Source of the DNA: Fimbriimonadales bacterium
GTDB taxonomy: Bacteria; Armatimonadota; Fimbriimonadia; Fimbriimonadales; ATM1
Length of the DNA stretch: 64,000 nt
Reading direction: 5' to 3'
Assembly: GCA_035559795.1 (NCBI GenBank)
Contig: DATMAR010000012.1
Location: 426,664-490,663, forward strand
Positions 36,785 through 45,115 of the stretch are shown piece by piece (positions within the stretch are counted from its first letter, which is position 1; the number at the start of each line of letters is the position of its first letter). The notes beneath the pieces are model-generated. The model did no database searches. It had not been told where the DNA came from and saw only the letters and a program-made list of their open reading frames with translations. The position numbers and the translations under genes were made by a program.

Positions 36785-37726
36785 CTACAAATTGCGCATA
36801 AAAAACGCAGCGGACAGGTAATCCAGTCTCACATTTCCCTGAAGGGCACGATGCATCTCCAGCAAATCTCGTAACATTTCTCCTGTTCCTATTCCCTCTG
36901 TTCGGAAGAGATACATCAAACCGTTAGAGAAGTACTGAATCACTTCAGCCTGACTCGCACGCGTCTCGGATTGCGTATCCTTATTCGCCTCTATATATCT
37001 TTTGCAAAAATCTAAAAACTCTTCGCTCACGACAAGCGCTTCCCCCTTACTGCGTTTCCTCAAATTCCGAATCCAAGAATAAAAAGACTGCGACCATTCG
37101 TATAATTCCGGAGAATCCAATTTCAGAGCCGACTCAGGCGCTCCGAGTGACAGGGCACGCGCTGCTTCCGAAAACTTTTCATCTTCTTCGAAACCACAAG
37201 GAACTCGCAAACATCTCGAGCGAATCGTCGGAATGATTTTCCCTTCTGCACTCGTCGTGAGAATATAGCGCGCATAAGGGGGGGCTTCCTCGAGTAGCCT
37301 CAATAATCCATCGGCAGCCTCCCTTGTCAATCTCTCTGCTTCGAAAATCAAAACGACTTTCGTTTTCGCTTGTACTGGTTCCGTGCGCATAAATTCGCTG
37401 ACCGGTATTTCTTCCGCTTCTTCGCTGGTGAGTCTTATTTGACCCATGCGTATCCAATCCGATTTTCCTTTTGGACGAACGGTGAGCAAATCCGGAGAAA
37501 GGTTTTTTTCGAAATTTCTACACGCAGAGCATTCACCGCAAGGTTTTTCATTCTTGGTTTCCATGCATAAGTAGGCTTGCGCTAAATGTTCGGCGAACGC
37601 GGATTGCCCAGCACCTTCTATGCCTGTAATCAAAACCGGTATGCCTCTTTCGAAAGTAGGAAGAACCTTCAAAAAACGCTGAGAAACAGCACCGAGATGT
37701 TCAATAACGGCACATTTCTTCGACAT
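36785..37726 (-). CDS. holB: DNA polymerase III subunit delta'
   Basis: LITGIEGAGQSAFAEHLAQAYLC, zinc module CGECSACRNF, SRC motif (TIRSRC). Confidence 0.88.
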   Translation of the reverse strand: MSKKCAVIEHLGAVSQRFLKVLPTFERGIPVLITGIEGAGQSAFAEHLAQAYLCMETKNEKPCGECSACRNFEKNLSPDLLTVRPKGKSDWIRMGQIRLTSEEAEEIPVSEFMRTEPVQAKTKVVLIFEAERLTREAADGLLRLLEEAPPYARYILTTSAEGKIIPTIRSRCLRVPCGFEEDEKFSEAARALSLGAPESALKLDSPELYEWSQSFYSWIRNLRKRSKGEALVVSEEFLDFCKRYIEANKDTQSETRASQAEVIQYFSNGLMYLFRTEGIGTGEMLRDLLEMHRALQGNVRLDYLSAAFFMRNL

Positions 37727-38030
37727 GGATTATCCATACTACCGCTCCACCGACAGGGACTTTAATGGGATTCGGAACGAATGTCCCGACAGGAGTTCCA
37801 TCCGGTGGAAGAACGTTCACAATTTGTTCGCGTGTTTGACAGTTCTGCTCGATGATTTTCAGCACCGCGTCTTTTTCTTCGTCTTCGATTCCGATGAGAA
37901 ATGTCGTATTCCCTTCTCGTAAAAATCCACCCGTCGAACTGATAATCGTAAACTTGAAACCGTTCCGTATCAAGTCGTCTACGACCTTGTTTTTATCTCG
38001 GTTGTGGATTACGGCTACGACTAATTTCAA
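37701..38030 (-). CDS. darA: PII-like cyclic-di-AMP receptor DarA (YaaQ family)
   Basis: Collinear with B. subtilis DarA as I recall it: MKLVVAVI...TGGFLREGNTTFLIG.ED...VGGA.V. Same tmk-darA-holB position. Confidence 0.85.
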   Translation of the reverse strand: MKLVVAVIHNRDKNKVVDDLIRNGFKFTIISSTGGFLREGNTTFLIGIEDEEKDAVLKIIEQNCQTREQIVNVLPPDGTPVGTFVPNPIKVPVGGAVVWIIHVEEMCRY

Positions 38031-38668
38031 AATCCCCTCCGACTTCTCGCATTATAGCCAGGATTCGATACGAATTCACTCACTATAACCCATGCCTTTT
38101 CCAAAAGTTCTTCCTTCGAAAGTCTTCCATCGAGAATACGCCAGCGTTTCGGGTCGCTTGCCGCTTCTTTCAAAAAACCCTCTCGCACGCGGCGATGAAA
38201 TTCCAAAGGTTCGGAGTCCATACGATCTGGCCCATCTACCCTCTTCAATCCGAATTCAGGTTCGATATCCAAAAGAAAAGTAATGTCCGGCACCAGAGAA
38301 TCCGTCGAAATCTCGTTGAGATGTTTTAATTCATGGATAGGCAATCCTCTGCCATATCCTTGATACGCGATTGTCGAATCTGCGAACCGATCGCAAACCA
38401 CATAAGTACCTTTTTCTAAGGCTGGATGAATGATGTCTTTACAATGTTGCCTACGGTCTGCCAAAAATAAAAACGCTTCGGTCCACGCATCCAAATCTCC
38501 GCTATGCAATATCAATTCCCGAAGCAATTTCCCGACAGTGCCATCACCTGGCTCTCGAGTGAGCAACACGGGAATTTTCGTTTCTTCGAAGCGTTTTGCT
38601 AATGCACTCGCTAACGTGCTTTTTCCAGAACCCTCCGTCCCCTCCAAAGTGATCAATTTCCCTTTCAT
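38027..38668 (-). CDS. tmk: Thymidylate kinase
   Basis: P-loop LEGTEGSGKST, the DRF/ADS region and the lid region. Confidence 0.92.
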   Translation of the reverse strand: MKGKLITLEGTEGSGKSTLASALAKRFEETKIPVLLTREPGDGTVGKLLRELILHSGDLDAWTEAFLFLADRRQHCKDIIHPALEKGTYVVCDRFADSTIAYQGYGRGLPIHELKHLNEISTDSLVPDITFLLDIEPEFGLKRVDGPDRMDSEPLEFHRRVREGFLKEAASDPKRWRILDGRLSKEELLEKAWVIVSEFVSNPGYNARSRRGF

Positions 38669-40212
38669 AGATGAGGAAGAATTCGAACACGCCTAAACGG
38701 CTCTTCTCCGAATGCTTCGCTGTGCAAGCGATGCGCTTCGATGATTTGATGCTGCAATCTCCTTATAGGAAGGGGTTGCGGAGACAATTCATAAGGTTTT
38801 CCTTTCGTCTTTACATGTTCGATTGCTTCTAACACTTCCTTCTTAATTTCTTCGTCCTTCTCGATAAATCCTTCTCCGTTGGACTGCAGGATTTCGTCTA
38901 AAGCGTGAGCGATTTGCGAAAGACTGTTGCTCTTTACGACGATTATCGGAATGGAACGCCCCGCACGGTCGCGCAATTTGCTCGGCCGATGTTGTAAGGA
39001 ACTTCGCATCGCTACAACCACATCCGCATCGGAAAGGCTTTGAGAAATTACGACCGGTGCCTTCTTTTCTTGAATAGCCCTATCCAAACGCGTGCGAGCA
39101 ATACCATAAGGAAAAACGCGTATGACCTTACGGAATGGTTTTGTCGGTATGGCGGGGAATTCTTCGATGCGTTTTTCTTTTTTCTCTTCTGTTACCGCTT
39201 CATGCGCACCTTTCTCCCCGGCAATAACCTCGAAATGACCCGTCTCCGTGCGCACACGAATTTCGGGCTGAGGCGTAATACCCCGCAAAATCATATCCAC
39301 GGTTCTCTGCACATCGTGATGAACGGCTAAGCGATTGTAGTCGATCAACTCGATCACCACATCGAAGGTTGGGGGGGCTTTTCTTTCCAAAACGGTCTTT
39401 TGAGTACCGCGGCGCTTAGCCTCTTCGTCGGAAAGAGTAACCGTCTGTATCCCTCCCACCAAATCGCAGAGCGTCGGGTTCATCATCAGGTTTTCCAACG
39501 TTCTTCCATGAGCCGTCCCTATGAGTTGCACGCCTCGTTCGGCAATCGTGCGCGCCGCATAGGCTTCTGCCTCCGTGCCGATTTCGTCAATGACAATCAC
39601 TTCGGGCATGTGGTTTTCCACCGCCTCGATCATCACCTGGTGCTGTTTCGTCGGGTCGGAAACTTGCATTCGTCTCGATGCACCGATACCAGGATGAGGC
39701 ACATCTCCGTCCCCCCCGATTTCGTTCGAAGTATCTACGATGACCACGCGTTTCCCGAAATCGTCAGCGAGCATCCTTGCGACTTCGCGCAATTTCGTGG
39801 TCTTACCTACCCCCGGCTTTCCGAGAAAAAGAATGGAATGGTTCGTGGAGACGATGTCGTGAATCAAATCAATCGTCCCTTGAATCGCACGCCCTACTCT
39901 GCAGGTCAGCCCTATGACACGACCTTGACGGTTTCGAATCGCGCTGATTCGATGAAGCGTTCTCTCGATGCCCGCTCGATTGTCCCCACCGAATTCGCCC
40001 ACTCGCTCGCTAACATAGCGAATGTCATCGGCGGTAACAAGATAATCATTCATCCGCTCCCATCTATCCATGTAGCGAATCTCTGCAGGACGTCCATAAT
40101 CCAACACGACTTCGATCAATCGCTCACCATCGGGGGATGTGAGTATTCGCTCACGAATGACGGGAGGAAGAGCATTGAGAAATAGTTCTAATTCTGTTTT
40201 GAAAGAGTTCAC
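38665..40212 (-). CDS. AAA ATPase with C-terminal R3H domain (Ycf45/SpoIIIAA-like)
   Basis: Walker A GKPGVGKTT, Walker B VIVIDEIG, the segment DTSNEIGGDGDVPHPGIG, and a C-terminal R3H (RRLQHQIIEAH...GEEPFRRVRILP). Confidence 0.8.
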   Translation of the reverse strand: MNSFKTELELFLNALPPVIRERILTSPDGERLIEVVLDYGRPAEIRYMDRWERMNDYLVTADDIRYVSERVGEFGGDNRAGIERTLHRISAIRNRQGRVIGLTCRVGRAIQGTIDLIHDIVSTNHSILFLGKPGVGKTTKLREVARMLADDFGKRVVIVDTSNEIGGDGDVPHPGIGASRRMQVSDPTKQHQVMIEAVENHMPEVIVIDEIGTEAEAYAARTIAERGVQLIGTAHGRTLENLMMNPTLCDLVGGIQTVTLSDEEAKRRGTQKTVLERKAPPTFDVVIELIDYNRLAVHHDVQRTVDMILRGITPQPEIRVRTETGHFEVIAGEKGAHEAVTEEKKEKRIEEFPAIPTKPFRKVIRVFPYGIARTRLDRAIQEKKAPVVISQSLSDADVVVAMRSSLQHRPSKLRDRAGRSIPIIVVKSNSLSQIAHALDEILQSNGEGFIEKDEEIKKEVLEAIEHVKTKGKPYELSPQPLPIRRLQHQIIEAHRLHSEAFGEEPFRRVRILPHL

Positions 40213-40245
40213 GCTTTTTGTTTAAATAAACGATTTATTCACGTT

Positions 40246-41352
40246 TTAAAATTCCATTTCTTGCAGGGTTACCGTCGCCGTTTTTATTTCACCTCGCTGC
40301 CAATATTTTATCTTCACCTTTTGGCCAATTTCCGCTTTGAGTAGGAAGGTCAAGTAGTCGCTCAAGGTAGCCAGTTTTTTATTTTCCACCTCTAAAAGTA
40401 CATCCATTTGCCCCAAACCTGCCTTGCGAAGAGGGGAGTTTTCGCTCAACTCCCAAATGACCAAACCCTCATCAGGCGGATTCGGACCTACATCCTCGCT
40501 AAAACGGGGGTCATGAAGAACCCAACTGGGAAGGAATTTCCTCACACCCAAATCCGGATGTCGTGCCTTACCATATTTTTCGATATCGCTGATAAACCGC
40601 CTCACTCGGTTGCTCGGTATAGCGAACCCTATCCCGATGCTGCCCATATCGGTGCTCGCAATAATCGTGTTTATTCCTATGACCTCCCCTTGGATGTTCC
40701 CGAGCGCTCCTCCGCTATTTCCCGCATTGATAGCCGCATCCGTTTGAATAGCACCGACTAACGGAAAACGTTCGCGGGAAGCAGGCAGATCTCGGTTCAA
40801 TGCGCTCACAACACCGACACTTACCGTTCCCTCATAACCCAATGGATTTCCCACCGCAATCACCCATTCACCCACCGCGACATCGTCGCTGTTTGCGAGT
40901 TTTGCAAACGGTAAATTCGTTGCATCCACTTTCAATAGCGCCAAATCCGTCAATTCGTCTTTTCCCACGATTTTTGCGGGCAGTACTTTTCCGTTAAGCA
41001 TGCGCACGGTAACTGCCTCAGCACCTTCGACCACGTGATAGTTCGTTACGATATAACCATCCGAAGAAACAATCACGCCAGACCCTGCCCCCACCGTACG
41101 CAATTCTCTATTCGGATCGAAAAATGACGATTCGTGTTTATAAACCGCCAACACTGCTGGAATTAATTTCGCCGCTGCTTCTTCGAAAGCAATTTGACCT
41201 TTGACTTTCGCAGTTTTCTGAAGGGGGGCGTTAATGACATCTTGCAATGTGTAAACATCGCGTTTTGGCACCCAACGGTCATAAATCATCATCCCAGAAA
41301 GAGACCCGAGCATGCACACGAAGAACATCAATATGTAATTCGTCCAGCGCAT
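40246..41352 (-). CDS. HtrA-like S1C serine protease with one PDZ domain
   Basis: N-terminal TM helix, the triad context (TNYHVV, D, GNSGGAL) and one PDZ domain. Confidence 0.88.
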   Translation of the reverse strand: MRWTNYILMFFVCMLGSLSGMMIYDRWVPKRDVYTLQDVINAPLQKTAKVKGQIAFEEAAAKLIPAVLAVYKHESSFFDPNRELRTVGAGSGVIVSSDGYIVTNYHVVEGAEAVTVRMLNGKVLPAKIVGKDELTDLALLKVDATNLPFAKLANSDDVAVGEWVIAVGNPLGYEGTVSVGVVSALNRDLPASRERFPLVGAIQTDAAINAGNSGGALGNIQGEVIGINTIIASTDMGSIGIGFAIPSNRVRRFISDIEKYGKARHPDLGVRKFLPSWVLHDPRFSEDVGPNPPDEGLVIWELSENSPLRKAGLGQMDVLLEVENKKLATLSDYLTFLLKAEIGQKVKIKYWQRGEIKTATVTLQEMEF

Positions 41353-41353
41353 T

Positions 41354-41815
41354 TTATTTCACTTGTTCCAATACCGAAACCATTTCGATTGCTGCTCGAG
41401 CCGCTTCCTCCCCTTTGTTGCCTTGTTTCAAGCCTGCTCTTTCTAAAGCTTCTTCTTGTGTGGCACAAGTTAGGATTCCATAGGTTATCGGTACACCGGT
41501 TTTAATGGAAATCTCTGCAAGGGAAGACATCACCTGCTGAGAAAGAAGCGAGGCATGAATCGTTGCCCCCTGTAAGATGCAACCAACGCAAACAATCGCA
41601 TCGACTTTCTCTTCGACGAGTTTTCTCACTGCAACGGGAATTTCCCATGCCCCTGACACCCAAACGATTTGAACATTTTCGTCGCCGCCATGCATTCGAA
41701 AAGCACGCAACGCGCCTTCGACTAACTGCTTCGTAATAAATTCATTCCAACGAGAGGCGACAATGGCGTATTTCTTGCCCGTGGCGTTCAACTTCCCCTC
41801 GATGATTTTCGGCAT
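41354..41815 (-). CDS. ribH: 6,7-dimethyl-8-ribityllumazine synthase
   Basis: KYAIVASRWNEFIT, GAWEIP and QGATIH-type motifs. ATG 41815 overlaps the ribBA TAA stop (TAATG). Confidence 0.92.
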   Translation of the reverse strand: MPKIIEGKLNATGKKYAIVASRWNEFITKQLVEGALRAFRMHGGDENVQIVWVSGAWEIPVAVRKLVEEKVDAIVCVGCILQGATIHASLLSQQVMSSLAEISIKTGVPITYGILTCATQEEALERAGLKQGNKGEEAARAAIEMVSVLEQVK

Positions 41816-43095
41816 TAACCTTTTTCGGATTTTTCGTCGAGATCTTCGGGAATCCAATGTCCCAATTTATCGCGCTTCGTATTCAGATATTTCTTGCTGT
41901 GTTTTGTGGGCTCAGTAATTAAAGGAATATGCTCGACGATTTCCAATCCGTAACCTTGAATTCCCGCCACCTTGCTCGGGTTATTCGTCATCAAGCGCAG
42001 TTTCCTAATACCGAGGTCAACCAGCACTTGCGCGCCTAATCCGTAATCGCGCAAATCGGGTTTGAAGCCCAATGCTTTGTTCGCTTCTACCGTATCGAGG
42101 CCTTTTTCTTGCAATTCGTAAGCACGCAATTTATTAATCAAACCGATTCCTCTTCCCTCTTGAACGATATACAAAAGGCATCCGCGACCCTCTTCAGAAA
42201 TTTTCTTCAACGCGACTTGGACTTGCGAGCCACAGTCGCATCGCAACGATTCCAAAACGTCTCCAGTCACACAACTCGAATGCACACGCGTAAGCACCGG
42301 TTTTCCATCAGACACATCTCCCATCACCAATGCGAGAAAAGGCGCAGGGTCGACTTCGCTCTGATACGCATAAAGCGTGAAAAGTCCGTATTTCGTTGGA
42401 AATTCGATAGGTCCTGCCACACGATGAATAAGTTTCTCGTTCTTTCTTCGATAAGAAATCAAATCACTTATCGTGATGATGGAAAGGTTGTGTTCTTTTG
42501 CAATTTCGAGCAATTTGGGAAGCCTCGCCATCGTCCCGTCATCATCCAGAATTTCACAAAGCACTCCGACAGGCTTTAACCCTGCGAGTATGCACAAATC
42601 CACCGTCGCTTCCGTATGTCCAGCTCGTTTCAACACACCCCCTGGGTCAGCACGCAAAGGAATGACATGCCCTGGCCTCATCAAGTCTTCGGGTTTGGCA
42701 TCGGGGTCGCAGAAGACACGAATCGTGGTCGCTCTATCGTAGGAGGAAATCCCTGTCGTCGTTCCGTGCCTTGCATCCACGGTCTCCCCCATCGCAGTAC
42801 CTAACTTCGAGGTGTTGTGTTTCGTCATCATCGGGATGCCGAGTTGCTCCAAGCGCTCCTGTGTGGTAGGAACGCATGGGATACCCCTTCCATACCGGAG
42901 CATGAAATTGACTGCTTCCGGGGTGACTTTTTCGGCCGCCATCACGAAATCCCCTTCGTTTTCTCTATCGGGGTCGTCCACGACGATTACGATTTTTCCG
43001 GCTCGTATCTCTTCGATCGCAGTCTCGATATCTGTAAAGGGTGAATCCGAGAGAGGCCGATTTGTGCGGGTTTCGACAATCTTATTCTTCGCCAT
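41815..43095 (-). CDS. ribBA: Bifunctional 3,4-dihydroxy-2-butanone-4-phosphate synthase / GTP cyclohydrolase II
   Basis: DRENEGD (RibB) and the CDCG zinc motif plus EGRGIGL (RibA). ATG at 43095; in-frame TTG codons at 43122 and 43137 lie inside the tandem duplication. Confidence 0.92.
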   Translation of the reverse strand: MAKNKIVETRTNRPLSDSPFTDIETAIEEIRAGKIVIVVDDPDRENEGDFVMAAEKVTPEAVNFMLRYGRGIPCVPTTQERLEQLGIPMMTKHNTSKLGTAMGETVDARHGTTTGISSYDRATTIRVFCDPDAKPEDLMRPGHVIPLRADPGGVLKRAGHTEATVDLCILAGLKPVGVLCEILDDDGTMARLPKLLEIAKEHNLSIITISDLISYRRKNEKLIHRVAGPIEFPTKYGLFTLYAYQSEVDPAPFLALVMGDVSDGKPVLTRVHSSCVTGDVLESLRCDCGSQVQVALKKISEEGRGCLLYIVQEGRGIGLINKLRAYELQEKGLDTVEANKALGFKPDLRDYGLGAQVLVDLGIRKLRLMTNNPSKVAGIQGYGLEIVEHIPLITEPTKHSKKYLNTKRDKLGHWIPEDLDEKSEKG

Positions 43096-43110
43096 TCTAT
43101 TAAGGCTTTC

Positions 43111-43140
43111 TCGACGGAACAATGTTCGACGGAACAATGT
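43111..43140. repeat. Perfect 15-bp tandem duplication at the ribBA 5' end
   Basis: TCGACGGAACAATGT x2 at 43111-43125 and 43126-43140. Confidence 0.95.
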
Positions 43141-43203
43141 TCGCTTCGGTGACTAAATAGTATACCAATATCCGACTTCGCTTAGTGGGTTCGAAAATTC
43201 CCC

Positions 43204-43590
43204 TTGAGGGTGCTCGAAGGATTTCCGATAACTTTAATAACAGCATTTATTCCTAAGAAAATGGAACAGCAATCGAGAAGAACCGAGCAAACTCTTATTT
43301 GCCCTATCCAGGGCTTAGACGAAGAGTTTCCCGATTCGGTTTTTGTGCTAAGGGAAAGAAACAGAAACACTTATGGCTGTTACTGCCATAGGGGGGTGCA
43401 TGGTTTGGCTTGTTTTTCGAATCCCGCAAGGGCTTGCGAGTTTGCAATGCTTTTGAAAACGACTTCTATCGAATGCTTGAAAGTAACCTTCGACGAGGCT
43501 CGAGAAATCGCTAAGCAACGCCCCCTTCCTGTCGTTGCCGTGATGTTATTAGATGATTTGGAAAATCCGCTGATTCACTACGTTCGATGA
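43204..43590 (+). CDS. Hypothetical protein
   Basis: ORF only, with no recognisable motif. An ATG at 43261 (MEQQ...) is the more likely start. Confidence 0.35.
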   Translation: MRVLEGFPITLITAFIPKKMEQQSRRTEQTLICPIQGLDEEFPDSVFVLRERNRNTYGCYCHRGVHGLACFSNPARACEFAMLLKTTSIECLKVTFDEAREIAKQRPLPVVAVMLLDDLENPLIHYVR

Positions 43591-43680
43591 TGAAACACTT
43601 CTGAATAACGCCAGTCCTCACTTTATAGTCTCTTAAAAGAGCATTGAGAAAGAGAATTTACTAAATCCAACTGAATTAAC

Positions 43681-43712
43681 AAAAAAGCCTCAACTGCAGG
43701 AGCAGTCGAGGC
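43681..43712 (-). terminator. Rho-independent terminator of the leuA-family gene
   Basis: On the - strand: GCCTCGACTGC-TCCT-GCAGTTGAGGC (one mismatch) followed by TTTTTTG, 28 nt after the stop. Confidence 0.75.
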
Positions 43713-43740
43713 ATGAAACACGCAAGTGCCTTATTACAAA

Positions 43741-44892
43741 TTATTTGACGCTTTGTACCAACTCTCTTAAATCATCCGATGTAACTTCGTCTTTTTGGTC
43801 CGCCACTCGCAAAAATTGTTCGTACAGCCTTTCGAAACGCTCTTCGGGAAATTCGAATCCCAATTCTCGAAGTTTATATTTCAAACCATGCCGACCACTG
43901 CGAGCGGTCAAGACAATTTCGCTTCTTTCCGCCCCCACCATGTGCGGGTCGATGATTTCGTAGGTCGATCGTTCCTTCAAAACGCCGTCTTGATGAATTC
44001 CACTCGAATGACGATAGGCATTCTCCCCCACAACGGCTTTGTTTCTTTGTACGAGCATTCCTGTCAATTGACTGACTAAACGGCTCACCCCTAAAAGCCT
44101 CTTCGTATCCACGCGCGTTTCTACTCCGAAGAGGTCATTTCGAATCACGAAAGCAACGACGACCTCTTCTAAAGACGTATTTCCTGCGCGCTCGCCGATA
44201 CCGTTTATCGTTACCTCCACTTGTCTCGCGCCATTGAGAACACCCGCTAAAGTGTTCGCTGTTGCCATGCCCAAATCGTTATGGCAATGGCAACTGAGAA
44301 TTGCTTTATCGGAGTTGGGAACATTTTCTTTGATGCTTCGAATCAATGAACCGTATTCCGTCGGAAACGTATAACCCGTTGTATCCGGAACGTTCAAAAC
44401 AGTGGCTCCGGCATTGATGACTGCTTCCGCCACTCGATACACGTACTCTTTATCCGCGCGACCCGAATCCTCCATGTAGTATTCGACATCGTCCGTAAAT
44501 TGGCGAGCGAGTTTAACAGCGCTCACTCCCGCCTCGAGCGCTTGCTCTCGGGTCATGCGCAACTTGTATTGCAGATGGTTATCGCTTACCCCGAGACCTG
44601 TGTGAATTCGAGGACGCTCGGCGGGTTTCAATGCTTCCGCAGCAACTTCTATGTCTTTAGGAACAGCGCGCGTAAGTCCGCAAATCGTAACTCCTTTGAG
44701 TTCTCTTGCAAGGGTGTTCACCGCTTCGAAATCGCCAGGAGACGAAATCGGGAATCCCGCCTCGATGATGTCCACCCCCAAATCTACGAGCGCTCGCCCG
44801 ATTTGTAACTTTTCACGGACGTCGAGATGCACACCGGGGCTTTGCTCCCCATCGCGCAGAGTGGTGTCGAACACATAAACTCTATCAGCCAT
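43741..44892 (-). CDS. 2-isopropylmalate synthase / homocitrate synthase family enzyme, short form lacking the C-terminal regulatory domain
   Basis: FDTTLRDGEQSPG, IEAGFPISSPGDFEAV and HCHNDLG motifs. At 383 aa it ends where the LeuA_dimer regulatory domain would begin. Confidence 0.85.
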   Translation of the reverse strand: MADRVYVFDTTLRDGEQSPGVHLDVREKLQIGRALVDLGVDIIEAGFPISSPGDFEAVNTLARELKGVTICGLTRAVPKDIEVAAEALKPAERPRIHTGLGVSDNHLQYKLRMTREQALEAGVSAVKLARQFTDDVEYYMEDSGRADKEYVYRVAEAVINAGATVLNVPDTTGYTFPTEYGSLIRSIKENVPNSDKAILSCHCHNDLGMATANTLAGVLNGARQVEVTINGIGERAGNTSLEEVVVAFVIRNDLFGVETRVDTKRLLGVSRLVSQLTGMLVQRNKAVVGENAYRHSSGIHQDGVLKERSTYEIIDPHMVGAERSEIVLTARSGRHGLKYKLRELGFEFPEERFERLYEQFLRVADQKDEVTSDDLRELVQSVK

Positions 44893-44996
44893 AGCAAGAC
44901 CTCTTTTGTGGTTCTTTCCTAAATTATACAGCGAGCAAACGGATTTCAGCGCTCAGCATTTCGCCGATTGAGCGAAGAGTGGGACGAAAAAACTTA

Positions 44997-45103
44997 TCGC
45001 GCCTTATGGCGCTCCTACGAGCGCAGAAAATATATTTATCGCCCCTTACGGCGCTCCTACGAGCGCAGGAAACTAAATTTATCGCGCCTTACAGCGCTCC
45101 TAC
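44997..45103. repeat. REP-like hairpin repeat, tandem triplet (locus 3)
   Basis: Units at 44997-45018, 45039-45060 and 45082-45103 (about 42-nt period). The first two are followed by GAGCGCAGRAA. Confidence 0.85.
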
Positions 45104-45115
45104 AGGGTGAACGCT

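Noticed and set aside
39400-40185. 261-aa ORF antisense to the R3H ATPase gene. The same applies to 28944-29570, 31984-32646, 19261-19929, 1608-2198, 26374-27012, 62979-63611 and 51290-51901.
   Set aside because: All are embedded in, or antisense to, genes with strong motif support. They lack recognisable motifs and have biased shadow-ORF compositions.
43096-43400. Expected FMN (RFN) riboswitch upstream of ribBA
   Set aside because: No conserved RFN segments are recognisable on the - strand, and the space before the divergent ORF is too short. This is reported as an absence, and a covariance model should confirm it.
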